Source of the DNA: Moraxella nasovis
GTDB lineage: Bacteria > Pseudomonadota > Gammaproteobacteria > Pseudomonadales > Moraxellaceae
Direction of reading: 5' to 3'
Length of the DNA stretch: 32,000 bases
Assembly: GCF_022701215.1 (NCBI RefSeq)
Contig: NZ_CP089976.1
Span: forward strand, 1,170,001-1,202,000
The notes beneath the pieces were generated by a model. The model was not told the origin of the DNA. It made no database searches and saw nothing but the letters and a program-made list of their open reading frames with translations. Both the position numbers and the translations under genes were made by a program. Shown here piece after piece: positions 1 through 8,887 of the stretch (its first letter is position 1; the number at the start of each line of letters is the position of its first letter).

Positions 1-543
1 ATGAAACTTTATACCAAGCTTTTTGCTGCCGTTATGTTTGCAGGTATAGCGGTTCAGGCAGGTGCTGTATTACCACAAGCTGACTCAGATACACTTTCAA
101 CAACCACCAAGAGCATTACGCCAAGCCAGCAAGTTATGCTACCAGAAGGAGCAAATGTCACTGCTGCGGTGAATGCATTTGTGGTGTCACATGATGCCCA
201 AGGTCAAGAAATCTTAACACCGATTGATTTAGGCTCTTATGTTACCCAAGGCAACACAGTAGAGTATCGTGGATTATTTACAAATGCAGGTGAGCATCGT
301 GTTCGCAAGATGACAGTCAGTGTTAGCATTCCTAATGGTGCTGAGCTTGTGGGTGATATTGAGCCTAAGCGTGGTCAAGCCACCGCTGATGGTAATCTGT
401 ACACCGCCATGCCTTTGCGTATGAATGTCAATGGTCAGATTCAGCCAATACCACTATCATACTACCAAGGTTTGCGTTGGCAGATAGAAGATCTTGGCGT
501 GGGTGCGACAGCAGTAGTTAAATACCGTGCTAAAATTAAGTAA
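1..543 (+). CDS. secreted hypothetical protein (signal peptide; family not recognised, beta-sandwich/DUF11-like is only a guess)
   Basis: ATG at base 1. The N-terminus MKLYTKLFAAVMFAGIAVQAGA looks like a Sec signal peptide. The ORF is followed 12 nt later by a hairpin plus T-run. Confidence 0.6.
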   Translation: MKLYTKLFAAVMFAGIAVQAGAVLPQADSDTLSTTTKSITPSQQVMLPEGANVTAAVNAFVVSHDAQGQEILTPIDLGSYVTQGNTVEYRGLFTNAGEHRVRKMTVSVSIPNGAELVGDIEPKRGQATADGNLYTAMPLRMNVNGQIQPIPLSYYQGLRWQIEDLGVGATAVVKYRAKIK

Positions 544-554
544 TGTTTAATAAG

Positions 555-579
555 CCAAATGCTGTGCGTTTGGTTTTTT
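555..579 (+). terminator. rho-independent terminator after the 1..543 ORF
   Basis: Stem ccaaatgc (555-562) / gcgtttgg (566-573), loop tgt, then T6 (574-579). Confidence 0.6.
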
Positions 580-706
580 AGCATGCTGATATATTTGAGT
601 ATACTGGTATAGACGATGGGTTTGTCAAGTACAAAAACCTTAATTATCTGCCAAAATACGATACACTAAAAGTAATAAAATAGCCAAACTTGAAAAAGGA
701 TAAGCC

Positions 707-1168
707 ATGGAAAACATCGATATTTTTACCGCATTAATCAAATCTCACGACGTGCAACGAAAACTGTGCGACAGCTTAGAGATGAGTTTAAAGGATAAAG
801 ACCGTAAGCAAGCTGAGCAGCGTTATGAGCCACTTAGAATTGAGCTGCAAGCCCATGCCGCTGCCGAAGAGCGTCATCTGTATGTGCCTGTCATGAAGTT
901 TGATGATGGCCTTGACCTGTCTCGTCATGCGATTGCTGAACATCATGAGATGGATGAGATGATGCAAGTGCTAAGCGATGGACGCACTGGCGATGAGCGA
1001 TTCTTTGAAACAGCAACAAAGCTAATTGATGAAGTTCGCCATCATCTTAAAGAAGAAGAAAATAATTTTTTTAAGGACGCAAAACAATTGCTAGATACAC
1101 AAACTCAAAAACGGCTTGGTGTGCTGTATCAGGCTGAGCATGAGTCTTTTGAAGAGCGTAATGATTAA
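707..1168 (+). CDS. hemerythrin-like (HHE cation-binding) domain protein
   Basis: SD aaagga at 695-700. His/Glu-rich helical motifs (ERHLYVP, HAIAEHHEMDE, EVRHHLKEEE) are typical of hemerythrin-domain proteins. A terminator follows. Confidence 0.75.
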   Translation: MENIDIFTALIKSHDVQRKLCDSLEMSLKDKDRKQAEQRYEPLRIELQAHAAAEERHLYVPVMKFDDGLDLSRHAIAEHHEMDEMMQVLSDGRTGDERFFETATKLIDEVRHHLKEEENNFFKDAKQLLDTQTQKRLGVLYQAEHESFEERND

Positions 1169-1174
1169 TACGAC

Positions 1175-1207
1175 AAGCCCACTTAAAATAGTGGGCTTTG
1201 TTTGGTT
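1175..1207 (+). terminator. rho-independent terminator after the hemerythrin-like gene
   Basis: Stem aagcccac (1175-1182) / gtgggctt (1191-1198), 8-nt loop, then a T-rich tail tgtttggttt. Confidence 0.6.
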
Positions 1208-1428
1208 TATTTGTTTTTTCTGCCTTGCACCGCTTTAAAGCGTGGATTGGATTTATAATCACAAAGGTGCGACCATGCTGGCGGATGATTTGATAATTTT
1301 CATGGCGGTTTGACGGGCTTTAAAAAAAAGAACTTGTATATTGTTTCCTTATGTTGTTATAAAGTAAAATCATGATATAACAACTTTCGTTATCATACAA
1401 TTATATTAAGAAAAACCTTCATTAAAGG

Positions 1429-2385
1429 TTATAGCAGGGCTATAATCTCATCTTTTAGTTTTAATTTTTTGACCATTTGCCATAAATCTTCGGCTTCAGT
1501 ATAGCCTTTGGTCAGCATACCAAGCCACTGTTTATACCGTCCAATGAGTCCTTTTTGGTTGTCAGTATCATCATTTAAAAAGGCGAGTTGATAAGCTATT
1601 AGCTGTTGCCAAGTTAAGGTTTTATCGGCATTATTAATAAGAGCAATCAAATCAGGACGAGTAACCGCCCCACGTCCGAGCATAAGATGGGGTGTGCTGG
1701 CTTGGTTGGCACAACAAGTAGCATCTTTGGCAGTCCAAATCTCACCATTAGCGATGATGGGTAATCCAAGAGTGGTAAAAGGGGCGATTTTATCCCAATA
1801 AGCAGGGGGTTTATAGCCTTGGGTTTTGGTGCGAGCATGAATGGTAAGCCAGCTTGCGTGAGCAGATTTGACCGCTTGCCCAATCTGGGTCATTTTACCC
1901 ATGTCGGTATAGCCCAAGCGAATTTTGGCAGATACAGGCACATCGCTTGGCACAGCTTTTCGCACAGCACTGATGATGGTATAAAGCGTGTCTGGCTCAT
2001 CAAGCAGTACCGAACCGCCTTTGTGGTTATTCACCGTTTTTGCAGGGCAACCAAAGTTTAAATCAATGGCTCTTGCCCCAAGCTCCACCGCCGTTACGGC
2101 GCTTTGGCTCATTGTCTCAGGGTTATTGCCCAAAAGCTGTACATGAATGGGTGTGCCACTTGCCGTTTTACCATCGGTGTGTAATTCTGGCACATATTTA
2201 TAAAACACATGGGCAGGTAGCGGATAATGCGTCACTCGGATAAATTCACTCACCGACCAATCATAAGGAGTACCTAAATCATGGGCGATTTGCGTTAAAA
2301 CTTGCCGCATGAGCGGGTCGGTTAAGCCTTCCATGGGGGCAAGCAAGCGGACAGGGCGGGTGAACAGATGGTGAAAATCAGTCAT
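1429..2385 (-). CDS. dusC: tRNA-dihydrouridine synthase C
   Basis: The 318-aa translation aligns by eye along its length with E. coli DusC (LLAPMEG, NFGCPAKTVN, PVSAKIRLG, HARTK..GY, IANGEI, RYKQWLGML vs RIKQWLSYL). The ATG at 2385 overlaps the upstream helicase stop. Confidence 0.85.
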   Translation of the reverse strand: MTDFHHLFTRPVRLLAPMEGLTDPLMRQVLTQIAHDLGTPYDWSVSEFIRVTHYPLPAHVFYKYVPELHTDGKTASGTPIHVQLLGNNPETMSQSAVTAVELGARAIDLNFGCPAKTVNNHKGGSVLLDEPDTLYTIISAVRKAVPSDVPVSAKIRLGYTDMGKMTQIGQAVKSAHASWLTIHARTKTQGYKPPAYWDKIAPFTTLGLPIIANGEIWTAKDATCCANQASTPHLMLGRGAVTRPDLIALINNADKTLTWQQLIAYQLAFLNDDTDNQKGLIGRYKQWLGMLTKGYTEAEDLWQMVKKLKLKDEIIALL

Positions 2386-3859
2386 AGATGAGCTTTTTGG
2401 TGGTCAGGGCATAAAGTAAGTCATTAACATCGTGGACATCAAGCGTATCTTGTCCACGAGTACACGCCACATACAGCAGCCGCAATTCTTCAGCACTAAT
2501 TTTTACGCTGCGTTCGGTAACATCGTATAAAAAGTCGTCAGCAAGCTGCACACGCCCCCACTCTAAGCCTTTGGATTTATGGGCGGTGGAGACGACATAG
2601 TCGGCACACCTTGGGGTGGATAGGGCGTTAATGGCTTGGGTGATGGTGCTAACACCATGCTCTTCGATGAGCTTTACCCAAGTTTTTAGGTCAGAGCCGT
2701 CGGTTGTTTCGCTAAATTCTTGGACTTCACCCCAGTGGTTAAAATAGGCAAGTTCGGCAATACCATAGGCAGATTTGCCGTTTTTTAGGCTCTCAGCCCC
2801 TTGGCAAAAACGCAAAATGCGTGAGCTGTCTGCTTGCAGGGCAACCTTGTGATTTGCCTTTAAACCTGTTAGTAATCGTGCCATCGCCCCTGCGTTCGTT
2901 CGGCAAAGAATGGCGTCTTTTTGGCTGATTCTAAGTTGTTTTTCTACGCTAGATTGACGGTTGGGGTTGCCTTTTAGGGGAATGGTTTCTTGTAGTGCCT
3001 TTAACAGCACATTTGCCACATCTGCAATCGCTTCGCCAAAACGAAAAGACTGTGTCAATAGTGTCTGTGGGTAGGGCAAGCGTTTCATGGCGTTCACCGC
3101 CCCACGCCATTCATAAATCTGCTGATGGGCGTCGCCTACATAGATGGTCTGCCTATCTTGCTTGATTAATGCTCCCATCATTAAGGGGTCTGCATCTTGG
3201 GCTTCGTCAAATAAGATAAAATCAGCAGGAATGGCAGGATTGGATAAGGTCCATAATTTAAGATAAATGTCATGACCAATACCCGCTTGGTGGCGTGCGT
3301 CTATTGACTGTAGCCAGCGTTCTTCAAGTGCAGGATAAAGCTGCTGTCTTAAGGCGGCATCGTCTGCATCGCTTAGCCAACTTGGCAATATAAGATGGCG
3401 TGGTGCAGGATAGGCTGATGATGTCTTGCAAAAATGCGTAATAGATTCACCAATAATCGTACCGAGCTTAGATTTCGTGAGTGTAACAGGCTTAGGTATG
3501 CCATCAAACTGTCGTAAAACTTGAATGGGAGAAAGCCGTAATTCATCAGCCAAGCGAGCAGGTGTTAGGCGTGGCAGACTGACTTTGGCTGTGATGTCTC
3601 GTGGCACATGACGAAACGCAAGCGAATGAAAAGTCTGACAGCGAACGTGTTTTGGGAATTTGCCTTGGGCTTCGTTTGCGATGGCTTTGTTGAAGGCTAG
3701 ATACAGCCCACGTCCTTGTAGGTTTTCACTGATAAGCTTAAGCGTGGTGGTCTTGCCAGCCCCAGCATACGCCACCACCTTAAAGGAATTGCCTTGCCTT
3801 GCCATATCTAAGGCGGCAAACTGTTCTTCGGTGGGTGTGTGGGGTGTAGATGGGTTCAT
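2378..3859 (-). CDS. UvrD/Rep-like SF1 DNA helicase (short, about 490 aa, FBH1-like architecture)
   Basis: Walker A AYAGAGKTTTL, Walker B/motif II FDEAQD, then YVGDAHQQIYEWRG, SFRFG, TAHKSKGLEW and LLYVACTR, which are SF1 helicase motifs in canonical order. ATG at 3859. Confidence 0.8.
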   Translation of the reverse strand: MNPSTPHTPTEEQFAALDMARQGNSFKVVAYAGAGKTTTLKLISENLQGRGLYLAFNKAIANEAQGKFPKHVRCQTFHSLAFRHVPRDITAKVSLPRLTPARLADELRLSPIQVLRQFDGIPKPVTLTKSKLGTIIGESITHFCKTSSAYPAPRHLILPSWLSDADDAALRQQLYPALEERWLQSIDARHQAGIGHDIYLKLWTLSNPAIPADFILFDEAQDADPLMMGALIKQDRQTIYVGDAHQQIYEWRGAVNAMKRLPYPQTLLTQSFRFGEAIADVANVLLKALQETIPLKGNPNRQSSVEKQLRISQKDAILCRTNAGAMARLLTGLKANHKVALQADSSRILRFCQGAESLKNGKSAYGIAELAYFNHWGEVQEFSETTDGSDLKTWVKLIEEHGVSTITQAINALSTPRCADYVVSTAHKSKGLEWGRVQLADDFLYDVTERSVKISAEELRLLYVACTRGQDTLDVHDVNDLLYALTTKKLIYD

Positions 3860-3931
3860 GCCAAATCATCGCTAAAAATAGACGACAGATTATAGCATAT
3901 CAAAGATGTTTTGAGACTTGTCTTTATCAAT

Positions 3932-4675
3932 CTAAGAGTGTTTGGCAAGCATTTTTGCCATGATAAGCCCACATTCAAAAAGTAAGCACATAGGTACAGC
4001 CAGCATCACCATGCTCGCCCCATCAGGTGGTGTTACCACAGCAGCCACCGCAAAGCACCCAACGATGATATAGCGTCTTTTCTCAGCAAGCGACTGCGGA
4101 GTAACGATGCCTAAAAGCACCAGTAATAAGGTTACGACAGGAATCTCAAACATCACACCAAATACGGCAAACAGTTTGATAACAAAGTTTAGGTAACTTT
4201 CAATATCTGTCATGGGCAGCACATTATCTGGCGAGAACATGACAAAAAACTTCAAAGCAGGCACAAGCACAATAAAATAAGCAAACGCCACACCTAAGTA
4301 AAACAGCAAGATGGCAAAGAGCAAAATGGGTATGGCAATGCGTTTTTCTTGACGGTATAGACCCGGTGCGATAAAGCCCCAAATTTGCCATAAAATAAAC
4401 GGCACACTCACAAATATCGCCACAATAAAGCTAAGCTTAATGGGCGTAACAAAGCCGCTGGCAACATCGGTCGCAATCAGGCTTGCGTGAGCAGGCAGCA
4501 GGGCAACCAAAGGGTTTGAGATGTAGTCGTATAGCTGGCGACTAAAACCAACCAACACTAAAAAAATACCGATAACTGCCATCACAACCTTAATCAGGCG
4601 AGAACGCAGTTCAGCAAAATGAGCCATAATCGGCATATCGTCTGTTGTCGGTGGTGTGAGCAAAGGTTTAGTCAT
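3932..4675 (-). CDS. tatC: twin-arginine translocase subunit TatC
   Basis: 247 aa with 6 TM segments. The N-terminal HFAELRSRLIK motif and the tatA-tatB-tatC order support the call. The ATG overlaps the tatB stop by 8 nt. Confidence 0.95.
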   Translation of the reverse strand: MTKPLLTPPTTDDMPIMAHFAELRSRLIKVVMAVIGIFLVLVGFSRQLYDYISNPLVALLPAHASLIATDVASGFVTPIKLSFIVAIFVSVPFILWQIWGFIAPGLYRQEKRIAIPILLFAILLFYLGVAFAYFIVLVPALKFFVMFSPDNVLPMTDIESYLNFVIKLFAVFGVMFEIPVVTLLLVLLGIVTPQSLAEKRRYIIVGCFAVAAVVTPPDGASMVMLAVPMCLLFECGLIMAKMLAKHS

Positions 4676-5189
4676 GATGGTTATAGGGGTTATGTAGTAG
4701 CGTATCGGCTGTGTAGTTTGGTAAAAAAGGTGCTACTGGCAGTCTGCGATTTTTATCGTATTCACCAAGTAAGAACCAGTGGTTGGCAAGTGGTAGATTT
4801 AAGGCAGTCTGGGTTGTTTGGATTTTTTGGGCTTGTCTTGGGTTTTTTTGTGCGATATCATCGGCAGTTGCATAGCTTTTATTTTGAAGTGGGTCTTGAT
4901 GTGCTGTGTCTTGATATTGCTCATCAAGTGTGCGTTGTAGCTTTTGCATTTGGGCTTTCATGGCTCTTTCTGACTGACGAATCTTGGCAATCTCTGCTTG
5001 CAGTTCTTTGGTCGCTTCGGCAAGCTCAAACTCGCTCATCAGCTCATCTTTTAGGCGTGTCTGTAGCCTGCGGATATTGCCATACCACTTGCCAAGCGTA
5101 CGAGCAACCACAGGCAGCTTCTCAGGACCTAGCACGATAAGAGCAATAATCCCAAGAAGCGTCAGCTCAAAAAACCCTAGATTTAGCAC
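4668..5189 (-). CDS. tatB: twin-arginine translocase subunit TatB
   Basis: GTG start. The N-terminus LNLGFFELTLLGIIALIVLGPEKLP is the Tat A/B-family TM plus amphipathic helix. It sits between tatA and tatC, with SD aagga inside the tatA end. Confidence 0.9.
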   Translation of the reverse strand: MLNLGFFELTLLGIIALIVLGPEKLPVVARTLGKWYGNIRRLQTRLKDELMSEFELAEATKELQAEIAKIRQSERAMKAQMQKLQRTLDEQYQDTAHQDPLQNKSYATADDIAQKNPRQAQKIQTTQTALNLPLANHWFLLGEYDKNRRLPVAPFLPNYTADTLLHNPYNHHD

Positions 5190-5191
5190 CG

Positions 5192-5422
5192 CTATCCTTG
5201 GTGTGAATGGGTGTTGGTTTCTTTGATTTTGGTGACAGTAACGACAGTTTCGCCGTCTTTTTGGGTGATGACTTTTGGTGTTTCATCTTCTTTGACAGCG
5301 TCTTTAAAACCTTTGACCGCAGAGCCTAAGTCTTTGCCTGCGTTTTTAAGTTTACTTGTGCCAAAAATTACCACAACTACAACCAATAAAATCAGCCAAT
5401 GTGTAATAGACAATCCGCCCAT
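5192..5422 (-). CDS. tatA: twin-arginine translocase subunit TatA
   Basis: 76 aa, [40 protein letters not shown], the canonical TatA N-terminus. Confidence 0.9.
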   Translation of the reverse strand: MGGLSITHWLILLVVVVVIFGTSKLKNAGKDLGSAVKGFKDAVKEDETPKVITQKDGETVVTVTKIKETNTHSHQG

Positions 5423-5608
5423 AAAACTCCCCTTTGTTTAGTTACGATTTTATTTATTTTAACATACCAAATGGCGTGCTTGGGTATTTTATCATGCCAA
5501 TGTTGATAGTTTGATGATATTTTTGTTAAATTGGCGATGATTTAACCATCGCAGGTTTTGTCACATGCTTTAGTGTGGCTACATACAGCCAACAAAAAGC
5601 CTACTGCG

Positions 5609-6391
5609 TTAGTTTGTTTGCCGAGCATTCTTCTCATCAATGCCAGACAGACCAAAGCGTCGTGCCAGCTCATCTAAAATAGCAGTGCTGTCAATGTCAA
5701 AGTGGGCAAGTGCCACAAGACTATGAAACCAAACGTCCGCCACTTCATAGATAAGGTCAGCTTTAGCAGCAGTGTCGTCAGTATTCGTGGACTGCATAAG
5801 CTGCAGCTGTTTGGCAGCGATAATCGCTTCAACTGCTTCTTCGCCCACTTTTTCTAGGATTTTGTTTAATCCTTTGTGGTAGAGACTTGCGACATAAGAG
5901 CTGTCTTTATCGGCGTGTTTTCGCTGTGCTAATATGACGTCAAGCTTTGCCAAAACTTCAAAGCCAGTAGGATTTTTGCTTGGATTAATGTGTGGTTTTG
6001 GGCAGTCGCCATAGATGTCTTTTGGGTCTTTGATGATAGCTAAGGTGTCTTGCCATGTACCATTTGTTGTATCAAGGCGTTTATAAAAGCAAGACGCACG
6101 CCCTGTATGGCAAGCAATCCCCCCAAGCTGAGTAATGCTGTATATCACCGCATCGCTGTCGCAGTCGGTGTAAATCTCATGGACGATTTGGGTGTGTCCG
6201 CTTGTCTCGCCTTTATGCCAAAGCTTGTTGCGAGAGCGGCTAAAATACACCGCTTGGTTAAGCTTTTTGGTTAAAGTTAGACTTTCACGGTTTGCCCATG
6301 CCATCATCATAATCTGCCCTGTGTCATAATCTTGGGCGATGACAGGAATTAAGCCATGCTCATTAAATGTTAATTCGTCTAGCCAGTTCAT
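5609..6391 (-). CDS. hisI: bifunctional phosphoribosyl-AMP cyclohydrolase / phosphoribosyl-ATP pyrophosphatase
   Basis: The N-terminal HisI domain ([31 protein letters not shown]) is fused to a C-terminal HisE domain (SYVASLY.KG..KI..KVGEEA.E, E.ADV.FH..V). The hisIE-tatABC order is as in Pseudomonas. Confidence 0.9.
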   Translation of the reverse strand: MNWLDELTFNEHGLIPVIAQDYDTGQIMMMAWANRESLTLTKKLNQAVYFSRSRNKLWHKGETSGHTQIVHEIYTDCDSDAVIYSITQLGGIACHTGRASCFYKRLDTTNGTWQDTLAIIKDPKDIYGDCPKPHINPSKNPTGFEVLAKLDVILAQRKHADKDSSYVASLYHKGLNKILEKVGEEAVEAIIAAKQLQLMQSTNTDDTAAKADLIYEVADVWFHSLVALAHFDIDSTAILDELARRFGLSGIDEKNARQTN

Positions 6392-6453
6392 AAGTATCTG
6401 TTAAATTCTGTTGTAAAATTTCGTTAATTTTAACAAAAGTTTTGGCATTTTGC

Positions 6454-6482
6454 TTGTGATATTTACAAAAACCACTTATAAT
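6454..6482 (+). promoter_or_regulatory. putative sigma70 promoter for rpmI-rplT
   Basis: -35 TTGTGA (6454-6459), 17-nt spacer, -10 TATAAT (6477-6482), about 85 nt upstream of the rpmI ATG. Confidence 0.45.
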
Positions 6483-6528
6483 AACCATCCCACCTTCCGA
6501 CTGCTTTTGGCAGGCAAAAAGGTTCAAC

Positions 6529-6549
6529 AAGTTGGGCGACCAACTTTTT
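6529..6549 (+). promoter_or_regulatory. leader hairpin plus T-run just upstream of the rpmI SD (possible attenuator or L20 operator)
   Basis: Stem aagttgg (6529-6535) / ccaactt (6540-6546) with a GCGA tetraloop, followed by ttt. SD aagagg lies at 6554-6559. Confidence 0.35.
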
Positions 6550-6565
6550 AACTAAGAGGCTAACT

Positions 6566-6757
6566 ATGAAACTTAAAACCAAACGTGGTGCAGCTAAGCG
6601 TTTCAAAAAAACTGCAAACGGCTTTAAGCGTAAACAAGCGTTCAAACGCCACATTTTGACCAAAAAATCTCCTAAGCGTATCCGCCAACTTCGTGGCTGC
6701 GTTATGGTTCACGCATCTGACGTGGCTGCTGTCCGTCGTATGTGCCCATACATCTAA
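6566..6757 (+). CDS. rpmI: 50S ribosomal protein L35
   Basis: [34 protein letters not shown] is a canonical L35 sequence. SD aagagg. Confidence 0.95.
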   Translation: MKLKTKRGAAKRFKKTANGFKRKQAFKRHILTKKSPKRIRQLRGCVMVHASDVAAVRRMCPYI

Positions 6758-6784
6758 TTAACTTAAAGACTCTAGGAGAATAAA

Positions 6785-7141
6785 ATGGCTCGTGTAAAAC
6801 GTGGTGTACAGGCAAATCGCCGTCATAAAAAAGTTCTAGCTCGTGCAAAAGGATACTACGGAGCTCGCTCTCGTGTGTATCGTGTTGCTGTGCAAGCAGT
6901 CATGAAAGCTGGTCAATACGCATATCGTGACCGCCGTAACAAAAAACGCTCTTTTCGCCGTCTGTGGATCGCTCGTATCAATGCTGGTGCTAGACTAAAC
7001 GGTCTAAGCTATAGCCGTCTAATCAACGGTCTTAAAAAGTCAAGCATTGACATCGACCGCCGTATCCTAGCAGACATCGCCATGCATGACGCAGCAGCGT
7101 TCACTGCGATCTGCGAAAAAGCAAAAGCTGCTTTGGCATAA
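6785..7141 (+). CDS. rplT: 50S ribosomal protein L20
   Basis: [35 protein letters not shown] is a canonical L20 sequence. SD aggaga at 6773-6778. Confidence 0.95.
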   Translation: MARVKRGVQANRRHKKVLARAKGYYGARSRVYRVAVQAVMKAGQYAYRDRRNKKRSFRRLWIARINAGARLNGLSYSRLINGLKKSSIDIDRRILADIAMHDAAAFTAICEKAKAALA

Positions 7142-7205
7142 TGTCAACATCAGTTGATTGATGTACTAAGTCTTATTTATCAGATTAGTCACATCAAAGA
7201 CGAAT

Positions 7206-7243
7206 AAAAACCGCAATAATCTATCAGTTATTGCGGTTTTTTT
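7206..7243 (+). terminator. rho-independent terminator of rpmI-rplT
   Basis: Stem ccgcaataa (7211-7219) / ttattgcgg (7228-7236), then T7 (7237-7243). Confidence 0.75.
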
Positions 7244-7295
7244 ATTTGGGGTTTTTATTGGGGCTTGGAATGTGTTTAGATTGGGTGTTGATACA

Positions 7296-7331
7296 ACAAA
7301 AAACAACCTGCAAAGGCAGGCTGTTTTTTTT
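7296..7331 (-). terminator. terminator of the porin gene (A-run/T-run flanked, possibly bidirectional)
   Basis: Stem cctgc (7307-7311) / gcagg (7316-7320) with flanking partial pairing, an A-run at 7297-7303 and T8 at 7324-7331. It sits 12 nt beyond the porin stop. Confidence 0.55.
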
Positions 7332-7342
7332 GATGGGTTTGA

Positions 7343-8446
7343 TTAGAAGCGGTAAACCATACCGACCTCAATACCTTTAGAGGTATTTTCTTTTTTGTTG
7401 AAGGTCTCGATTGTCTTCTTTTCAATTTTATTCTTAACTACAATCTCTTCTGGCTTTTTATCCCATTCCCAGTATTTATCTTGTGCATAACCAACGCTAG
7501 CAAAGGCAAGAAGTGATTTATTGATGTCATACTGAGCACCGATGTTAAAACCTGATGCCTTACCATCTGCATAGCCTTTGTAGTTATCAGTATGATACGC
7601 TTCAGCCCATGCGGTTATTGGTGCATTTATCTTATAGCTTGCACCACCTGATACAGCCAATTCATCGTTATTGCTGTTATAGTCGGACAGTTGAGCTAAG
7701 CCATATACCGTCAATCTATCATTAGCCTTGTATTCAGCTGAGCCACGGATTGACTTTAGGTCTTTACCTGCGTGGGTATAGGCAGCATTTAGAGCGACTT
7801 TATCTTTGGCATATTGTACGCCACCGATGACAAAATCACGATCTAATGAGGTTTCTTTGTTATTCTTAAAGGTGCTAAAACTGCGACTGCCTTTGCCTGC
7901 TGCACCAGAGCCTTCATCCATGCCGTATTGGATAAATGCAGTGGTAGTACCATTGTTTAGTTTTGGCGTGGTGTATAAAATGCTGTTATTAACCCAAGTT
8001 GCATCATGTCCTGCAACAGGTCCAATCCCCACATTACGCCACCATGCTGGGCTAACAGATAGATAATCGTCTTGTGAAATGGTGCGACCAACCAATAATC
8101 TACCGTATTGCTTGTTATTTAGGGCGATATAGCCGTGACGAGCTGAGAAGTTACCCCCAGTATTTTCTGCAACATCAACTTTATATTCTAGCTTATATTC
8201 TAAGTCGGTATTGTCAGTAAGCTTTTCTGTACCCTTAATACCAATACGAGAGTTGCCAGAGCTTAGGTCGGGACGAGCTGATGTTTTGGTAGCGACATCA
8301 TTGATGGTGTCTGTTTTGTCTACAGCTAGGGCAGACAGACGAATCTGACCATAGAGGTCAGGTGCAGCGAAGGCCTGGCTAGATAGTGCTGCGATGGCAA
8401 GCACGCTTGTGGTTTTGATAGCGATGGCTAGAGGTGATTTTTTCAT
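7343..8446 (-). CDS. outer-membrane general porin (Gram-negative porin family)
   Basis: Start taken at ATG 8446 (SD aaggaa upstream), giving the signal peptide MKKSPLAIAIKTTSVLAIAALSSQAFA. Alternating beta-strand pattern, Gly/Asn/Tyr-rich, with a C-terminal ...GMVYRF aromatic terminus typical of beta-barrels. Confidence 0.85.
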   Translation of the reverse strand: MKKSPLAIAIKTTSVLAIAALSSQAFAAPDLYGQIRLSALAVDKTDTINDVATKTSARPDLSSGNSRIGIKGTEKLTDNTDLEYKLEYKVDVAENTGGNFSARHGYIALNNKQYGRLLVGRTISQDDYLSVSPAWWRNVGIGPVAGHDATWVNNSILYTTPKLNNGTTTAFIQYGMDEGSGAAGKGSRSFSTFKNNKETSLDRDFVIGGVQYAKDKVALNAAYTHAGKDLKSIRGSAEYKANDRLTVYGLAQLSDYNSNNDELAVSGGASYKINAPITAWAEAYHTDNYKGYADGKASGFNIGAQYDINKSLLAFASVGYAQDKYWEWDKKPEEIVVKNKIEKKTIETFNKKENTSKGIEVGMVYRF

Positions 8447-8887
8447 AAGAGTTCCTTTTAGGGCTGAAATCCATGCATCCATCAGAGGCTTCTATCCAAA
8501 AGTGTGATGAATGCGACAGCTTTATTTGCACTTAGGTAACAAATAGCTAAGATTGCAACGCAAATATACACAAAAAATCAATCCTTAGCAACAGATATTT
8601 CAAAAAATTTACATTTTTTTTGTAAATTCTTAGGATTTTTTGCAAAAAACCAAGTATTTTTAAGTGTTTGTGGGGTGTTTGGATTTGTTGTAGACAGATT
8701 GTTAATGGGTTTGTTTTGTAGTTTTGCATAAAATGATTGATGGTGTATTTTATGTGATAAGTTTGCAAGACTTGTTAATAATTAATAATACGAAACTTAA
8801 TAATATGAATCGACTGTTTACATTTTAAAGTGAATTATTTACAATAACTTCCTTATTTTCCTAGAAAAATTACCAAAAGCTTTATTT

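Noticed and set aside
1071-1262. 63-aa ORF on the - strand (similar cases: 6463..6663 -, 17478..17663 -, 27314..27565 -, 20438..20635 -)
   Set aside because: Each overlaps a confidently called gene end or a promoter/terminator region, lacks an SD, and has no recognisable product.
1353-1384. 9-bp perfect inverted repeat gttgttata/tataacaac in the convergent hemerythrin-dusC spacer
   Set aside because: It is an AT-rich stem with a 14-nt loop, and the nearest T-run is about 20 nt away. At best it is a weak dusC terminator, and nothing more can be argued.
4619-5140. 173-aa ORF on the + strand
   Set aside because: It lies entirely antisense to tatB/tatC, whose identities are unambiguous. It has no SD and odd Cys/Arg/Leu-rich composition, so it is a shadow ORF.
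8547-8768. 73-aa ORF on the - strand between the porin gene and pheS
   Set aside because: It lies in very AT-rich, low-complexity promoter DNA. It has no SD, a Lys/Ile/Leu/Gln-biased product, and overlaps the palindrome/T-tract region. It is most likely non-coding.
8805-8828. 7-codon mini-ORF MNRLFTF upstream of pheS (a pheM-like Phe leader peptide?)
   Set aside because: It has only 2 Phe codons and no SD. No terminator/antiterminator hairpins follow it, so E. coli-type pheM attenuation is not supported.
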